This document shows, one piece after another, positions 23,627-28,122 of a stretch of 28,122 bases of DNA. Source of the stretch: an uncultured bacterium (GTDB taxonomy: Bacteria; SAR324; NAC60-12). Numbering within the stretch: the stretch's first letter is position 1; each line of letters opens with the position of its first letter. Under the pieces are notes generated by a model that did no database searches, was not told the origin of the DNA, and worked only from the letters and a program-made list of their open reading frames with translations. The stretch is taken from positions 1 through 28,122 of the forward strand of contig CAXGMD010000045.1 in assembly GCA_964010765.1 (NCBI GenBank). Direction: 5' to 3'. Both the position numbers and the translations under genes were made by a program.

Positions 23627-25174
23627 ATGAATTTAGCTCCTGAAGCCCAACTTTACCTGCAATTACGTGCTTCCCTGAATCTGCCTGACCTAACGACCCT
23701 GGCCCCTCCAGAGGCTCGAAGAATCTCAGAAGAAACCAGTCGCCGATGGCAGCTCAGCGAACCTCAACCTGTTGGCTCTGTGGAGCAGCGGCACTGTGAG
23801 GGCCCAAATGGTTCAATTCCCCTGCGGATCTATCGCCCCACAGTTGCAACAGCCACCGGATTGCCGGTGATGATCTTTTTTCATGGAGGTGGATGGGTTT
23901 TGGGGAGTCTGGATGGAGTGGATGGTTTCTGCCGAGCACTTTGCCAGGAAGCTCAATTGCTGGTGGTCTCGGTAGACTACCGGCTAGCCCCTGAACATTC
24001 CTTTCCAGCTGGACTGGACGACTGCTGGACAGCGACCCAATGGATTGCAGAAAACGCGGACTCGCTTGGAGGAGATTCGCACAAACTGTTAGTTGGAGGA
24101 GACAGCGCTGGGGGGAATCTAGCGGCAGCGGTGGCCCTCCGAGTCAAAGATCAGGCTCTGTTCAAATTGGCAGGGCAGGTCCTGATCTATCCAGTGACCG
24201 ATCTCACCCAAAGTCTACCCTCCTACGAATCCTTTGCTGAGGGCTACCTGCTCACTCGGGCATCCATGCGTTGGTTCATTCAGCAGTATCTGCCAACCGC
24301 CGTAGATCCCAAACACCCCGAGGCTTCCGTACTCTTTGCTGATTCCCTAACTGGTCTGCCTCCTACCATACTGTTGGTGGCCGGATTTGATCCGTTACGG
24401 GATGAGGGGCTGGCCTATGCCCAACGCTTACGCGACGCAAAGATTCCTGTGGTGGAGCGAAACTGGGAGGGAATGGTGCATGGTTTCATCAACCAGCGCG
24501 ACCTGTTGCCCCAGGCTAGAGAGGCCTCTCAGTGGATTGCCCAGGAAGTCAATCGCCTGCTATCGAAAGGATCAAATCAACGTTCGAAGATCCGTACAGG
24601 GGTTCTCCCCTTGACCAAGGCGCAGGGCAGCTTTGAAATTCGTGAAATGGAACTTGAGGACCTGCATCGGGTCTATGCCCTGGGCGAACAACTCTACACG
24701 GCAGAAGATTGGCCCAATCTCTATCGTACTTGGGACGAAACCGACTTTATCAACAATTTCAACACAGATGGAGAATTCTGCTGGGTGGCAGAGACAGAGG
24801 CCGGGGAGATCATCGGCTTTGCCTTGGGAGCGATGTTGGAGAAACGAAGAAGCGCCTGGGTCTATGGCTGGGTGGACTGGTTGGGAGTGCACTCCGCTTG
24901 GCAAGGCAAGGGGGTCGGCAAACGCCTGCTCGATAAACTGACCGATTTGTTCATTGAAGAGGGAGCTCGGATGATCCTGATTGATACCGAAGCCGATAAC
25001 GAGAAGGCCCTGCGTTTCTTCAAGAAAGAGGGATTTGGTAATCCCAATGAGCACGTCTATCTTTCACGGAATCTCACCCGTGATCCCGAATACCTCAAGC
25101 GCAAGCGGCGCACCTCCGCTCCCGGCAAATCCAGAACTCCAAACAACAGCCGTCCCAAGCCTCAACGACCTTGA
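23627..25174 (+). CDS. HSL-family alpha/beta hydrolase fused in frame to a GNAT acetyltransferase
   Basis: HGGGW, DYRLAPEH, GDSAGGNL, DPLRDEG, HGF; then FEIREMELEDL, LGVHSAWQGKGVGKRLL, NEKALRFFKKEGF. Confidence 0.9.
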   Translation: MNLAPEAQLYLQLRASLNLPDLTTLAPPEARRISEETSRRWQLSEPQPVGSVEQRHCEGPNGSIPLRIYRPTVATATGLPVMIFFHGGGWVLGSLDGVDGFCRALCQEAQLLVVSVDYRLAPEHSFPAGLDDCWTATQWIAENADSLGGDSHKLLVGGDSAGGNLAAAVALRVKDQALFKLAGQVLIYPVTDLTQSLPSYESFAEGYLLTRASMRWFIQQYLPTAVDPKHPEASVLFADSLTGLPPTILLVAGFDPLRDEGLAYAQRLRDAKIPVVERNWEGMVHGFINQRDLLPQAREASQWIAQEVNRLLSKGSNQRSKIRTGVLPLTKAQGSFEIREMELEDLHRVYALGEQLYTAEDWPNLYRTWDETDFINNFNTDGEFCWVAETEAGEIIGFALGAMLEKRRSAWVYGWVDWLGVHSAWQGKGVGKRLLDKLTDLFIEEGARMILIDTEADNEKALRFFKKEGFGNPNEHVYLSRNLTRDPEYLKRKRRTSAPGKSRTPNNSRPKPQRP

Positions 25175-25350
25175 ATTCTATATTTTGGATTTCCCTCATC
25201 TGACTTTCAGCCAGATTGTCTCAAATGAAGATGGAAAAACTTGATTGAACGATTATCCGGAAACTCTCGCCCCACTGGGCAACAGTTCTTGAAGTCTCAT
25301 TGAATCCAATTTTATTTGTAAATGGGCGTGGGATATGAGACTTAGGCTGA

Positions 25351-26613
25351 GTGAGTATTGATCTTGCTCCAATTTTTGAGGCACCCCCAACCCATCCTGT
25401 TTCATCCAGTCCCTTCATGCAGCATCGTCGAGTTCCAGTCCACTCCCTGGGCATCAGCCAGATTGTCAGCTTTGGCCTGTTGTTCTACGCATTTGCCCAA
25501 CTCAAAGCGCCGTTGGCTCAAAGTGCAGGTGTGAGCGAAACCACGATCCTGGCTGCGGTCAGTGGAGCTTTGGTGATTCAAGGAATGCTGGCGTTGGTGA
25601 TCGGCCGGTGGATTGATCGCTTTGGGGGCTTGCGCATCATGCAGGGAGGCTTCCTCATCGGAGCGCTGGGTCTCGGGCTACTCAGTCTCTATCCTTCATT
25701 CGTCTGGATTTGTGCCTGTCTTGGGTTGATTGGCGTTTCCTATGCGATGTGCACCTACGAGGTGGCCTTTGGTTCAGCCGTGCAGCTCGATGAGCCCAAA
25801 GCCCGTCGCCATATTTCAATCATCACTTTCTACGGCGGAGTAGCATCCACGGTCACTTGGTTGAGTGTTGCCCCGATGCTTGAGTTTTTTGGTCTCCAGC
25901 TGACCTGTTTCGGCTTGGCGTTTTTGATGCTGATGGGAGCATGGCGATTTTGGGTGCTGGGTCGGCATTATCAACAAGAAGCGCTTCATTCCTCGCTAGC
26001 CCTTGAGCCCTTCCGCTGGTCGATTTTGACCCAGACCGAAAAGTGGGCTTTAGTGACAATGGGGTCGATCAGCACCTTGGGTTATCTGACCTTCACGGCT
26101 ACCAGCATGTTCTGGATCAATCTCTTTTCTGAGAAATTTGCTGATCCTGCGCTAGCGGTGGTCTTGGCTAGTTTATATGGTCCCTTTCAGGTGGTGGGAC
26201 GATGGATCGAGATGAAGTTTGGACATCGTTTTGATGCACGGCTCTCTGGAGTGGGGGCGACCTTACTGATGCCCCTGGCGTTGACGATGATTCAAAGTGA
26301 TGCGGTCGAGGTGGCGGTCTTGGCAATGATTCTGTTCGGGATGGGACAAGGAGTATTGACAGTGACATATGGTTTTGTGACGAATCTTTACTTTCGGGCT
26401 GCGGTTTACGGTCGTGCCAAGGGAATGATGATTGCGCCCCGATCGGTGATCGCGTCGCTTGGGCCGAGTCTTGGAGGGTTGCTCTATGCGCAGGGATCAG
26501 ATCAGTTCCTCTATGTGATGACCGGCCTGATGGTGGGAGCCATGCTGCTGATGGCCAGTCTGTTGCGTCTGCCACCTACCAATGAAATTCATCTCCAGCC
26601 AAGCAATTCTTGA
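25351..26613 (+). CDS. MFS transporter
   Basis: About 12 hydrophobic helices; motif A IGRWIDRFGG; GPFQVVGR. Start uncertain (GTG 25351 or ATG 25417). Confidence 0.88.
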   Translation: MSIDLAPIFEAPPTHPVSSSPFMQHRRVPVHSLGISQIVSFGLLFYAFAQLKAPLAQSAGVSETTILAAVSGALVIQGMLALVIGRWIDRFGGLRIMQGGFLIGALGLGLLSLYPSFVWICACLGLIGVSYAMCTYEVAFGSAVQLDEPKARRHISIITFYGGVASTVTWLSVAPMLEFFGLQLTCFGLAFLMLMGAWRFWVLGRHYQQEALHSSLALEPFRWSILTQTEKWALVTMGSISTLGYLTFTATSMFWINLFSEKFADPALAVVLASLYGPFQVVGRWIEMKFGHRFDARLSGVGATLLMPLALTMIQSDAVEVAVLAMILFGMGQGVLTVTYGFVTNLYFRAAVYGRAKGMMIAPRSVIASLGPSLGGLLYAQGSDQFLYVMTGLMVGAMLLMASLLRLPPTNEIHLQPSNS

Positions 26614-26778
26614 ATTCCTGATTGAATACATTGTGACAATCGGTCAAGCTGATTGCAAAAATGAAAACTAACGCTCACCTTGTGAGAAGCTTTCTGATCC
26701 AATTATTATGAAAACTTCAAAGCTCTAGTAGATAAGGAGTGAGGTTTGAAGAATTTATTGATTGAAAAGGAGAAAAAC

Positions 26779-27978
26779 ATGTCTCTCGGTCATGGACGCC
26801 ACTACTTATCCATTCCTGGTCCCTCAGTGATGCCAGATCGTGTGCTGCAGGCGATGCACCAGGCTGCCCCAAATATCTATGAAGGCGCGCTCTATGAGAC
26901 CGTAGAAGGCATGTTGCCCGATCTGCGACGAGTGGCCCGGACTAATGGGGAGGTCGCTTTCTATATTGCTAACGGACATGGGGTTTGGGAGGCAGCCCTG
27001 ACCAATGCCCTCTCTCGGGGAGATCGGATCCTGGCGCTGAATACCGGTCGCTTTGTGGCGCTCTGGGCGGACATGGCGCAGAAGCTGGGAGTGGAGGTGG
27101 ATCTGATAGACTTTGGTAAGGCATCACCGGTCGCTTTAGATCAGGTGGAAGCGAAGCTGAAAGCAGACTCGCAACATCGCTATCGGGCCATTCTCGTAGC
27201 CCAAACTGATACGGCGAGCTCGGTGCGGAATGACATCGCAGCCCTTGGAGCCCTGGTCAAGTCCACCGGTCATCCTGCACTGCTGATGGTGGACTGCATG
27301 GCTAGCCTTGCCTGTGATGTCTTCGAGATGGATGCCTGGGGTGTCGACGTGATGATGGCAGGAAGCCAAAAGGGCTTGATGACTCCACCAGGGTTGGCCT
27401 TTCTCTATCTGAATGAGCGAGGAATGGCAGCTCGGGAACGGGCTGACCTCGTGACGCCCTACTGGGACGTGCGTCCACGCGTCAAGCCGGATGTCTTCTA
27501 TGAATATTTCTTTGGTACTGCACCGACTCATCATCTGTTTGGTCTGCGAGAGGCGCTGACGATGCTGTTGGAGGAAGAGGGATTGGAGCAGGTTTGGGCT
27601 CGACACGCCAAGCTCAGCCAAGCCGTCTGGGCGGCCTTTGAGGCCTGGAGCGTAGGCAGTTCGATAAAGCTGAACATCCAGGACCGACGATACCGCTCTC
27701 ACTCGGTCACCTCGATCTCGATGAAAGCCCCCTATGGCACGGAACTCCGCAAATGGACGGAACACCGCGCAGGGGTCACTCTCGGATTGGGGATTGGCAT
27801 GGCAGAACCGGATGATCCGGCTCGACACGGATTCTTCCGAGTGGCACACATGGGACACGTCAATGCCCACATGACACTAGGAATGCTGGGAGTGCTGGAT
27901 GCAGGCTTCAAGGCTTTGAAGGTTCCCCACGGTGATGGTGCCCTGGAAGCGGCGAGTCGAATTCTCAGTGAAGCTTAA
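26779..27978 (+). CDS. PLP-dependent class V aminotransferase (serine/alanine-glyoxylate aminotransferase-like)
   Basis: LSIPGPS, NGHGVWEAA, TDTASSVRND, VDCMASL, GSQKGLMTPPG (PLP Lys), FRVAHMGH. SD AAGGAG before ATG 26779. Confidence 0.92.
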   Translation: MSLGHGRHYLSIPGPSVMPDRVLQAMHQAAPNIYEGALYETVEGMLPDLRRVARTNGEVAFYIANGHGVWEAALTNALSRGDRILALNTGRFVALWADMAQKLGVEVDLIDFGKASPVALDQVEAKLKADSQHRYRAILVAQTDTASSVRNDIAALGALVKSTGHPALLMVDCMASLACDVFEMDAWGVDVMMAGSQKGLMTPPGLAFLYLNERGMAARERADLVTPYWDVRPRVKPDVFYEYFFGTAPTHHLFGLREALTMLLEEEGLEQVWARHAKLSQAVWAAFEAWSVGSSIKLNIQDRRYRSHSVTSISMKAPYGTELRKWTEHRAGVTLGLGIGMAEPDDPARHGFFRVAHMGHVNAHMTLGMLGVLDAGFKALKVPHGDGALEAASRILSEA

Positions 27979-28122
27979 ATGGAAAACGAATCCTGGCCCA
28001 TACCAGGAAAGCTTAACAAAAAATTGGCCAGGTGATTTGCCTTCTCCCTGAGGGCATAAGTATCTATACAACTCTGAGTCAAACGATTTGAAAGGAAGAG
28101 GATGCTAAAAAAAACTCACCAA

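Noticed and set aside
27136..27870. 244-aa antisense ORF and similar antisense ORFs inside well-supported genes
   Set aside because: Fully nested opposite motif-supported CDS; no independent signal.
28102..28122. Possible gene start MLKKTHQ after a purine-rich SD-like stretch
   Set aside because: Only 7 codons lie in the window; cannot be supported.

Overview
A 28-kb bacterial chromosomal window with a marine heterotroph gene set (DddL-type DMSP lyase, SOUL protein, pentapeptide-repeat protein, HupE/UreJ). A SAR324-like origin is my guess, not established. It holds about 26 CDS; I found no rRNA, tRNA, CRISPR array or transposase. The most unusual part is 1.2-6.3 kb. A LadS-like 7TM-DISM hybrid histidine kinase ends in a domain closely resembling the cryptic DNA-binding domain of Vibrio ChiS. 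The gene is bracketed by two outward-facing copies of a 52-bp promoter-like element (42/52 identical, IHF-like site, 11-bp-phased CTCAA repeats). Each copy points into a run of back-to-back hairpins whose G-U pairs favour the outward strand. The left arm leads to a hygromycin-kinase-like gene; the right arm leads to small ORFs, a SutA-like protein and an atypical receiver. The rest: GH32 coupled to DUF4198, HupE/UreJ, dddL, methyltransferase, SOUL, creatininase, a CUT1 ABC operon with a duplicated permease, a 977-aa mosaic surface lipoprotein, an esterase-GNAT fusion, an MFS transporter and a class V aminotransferase. All family calls are from motif recognition by eye; no searches were run.
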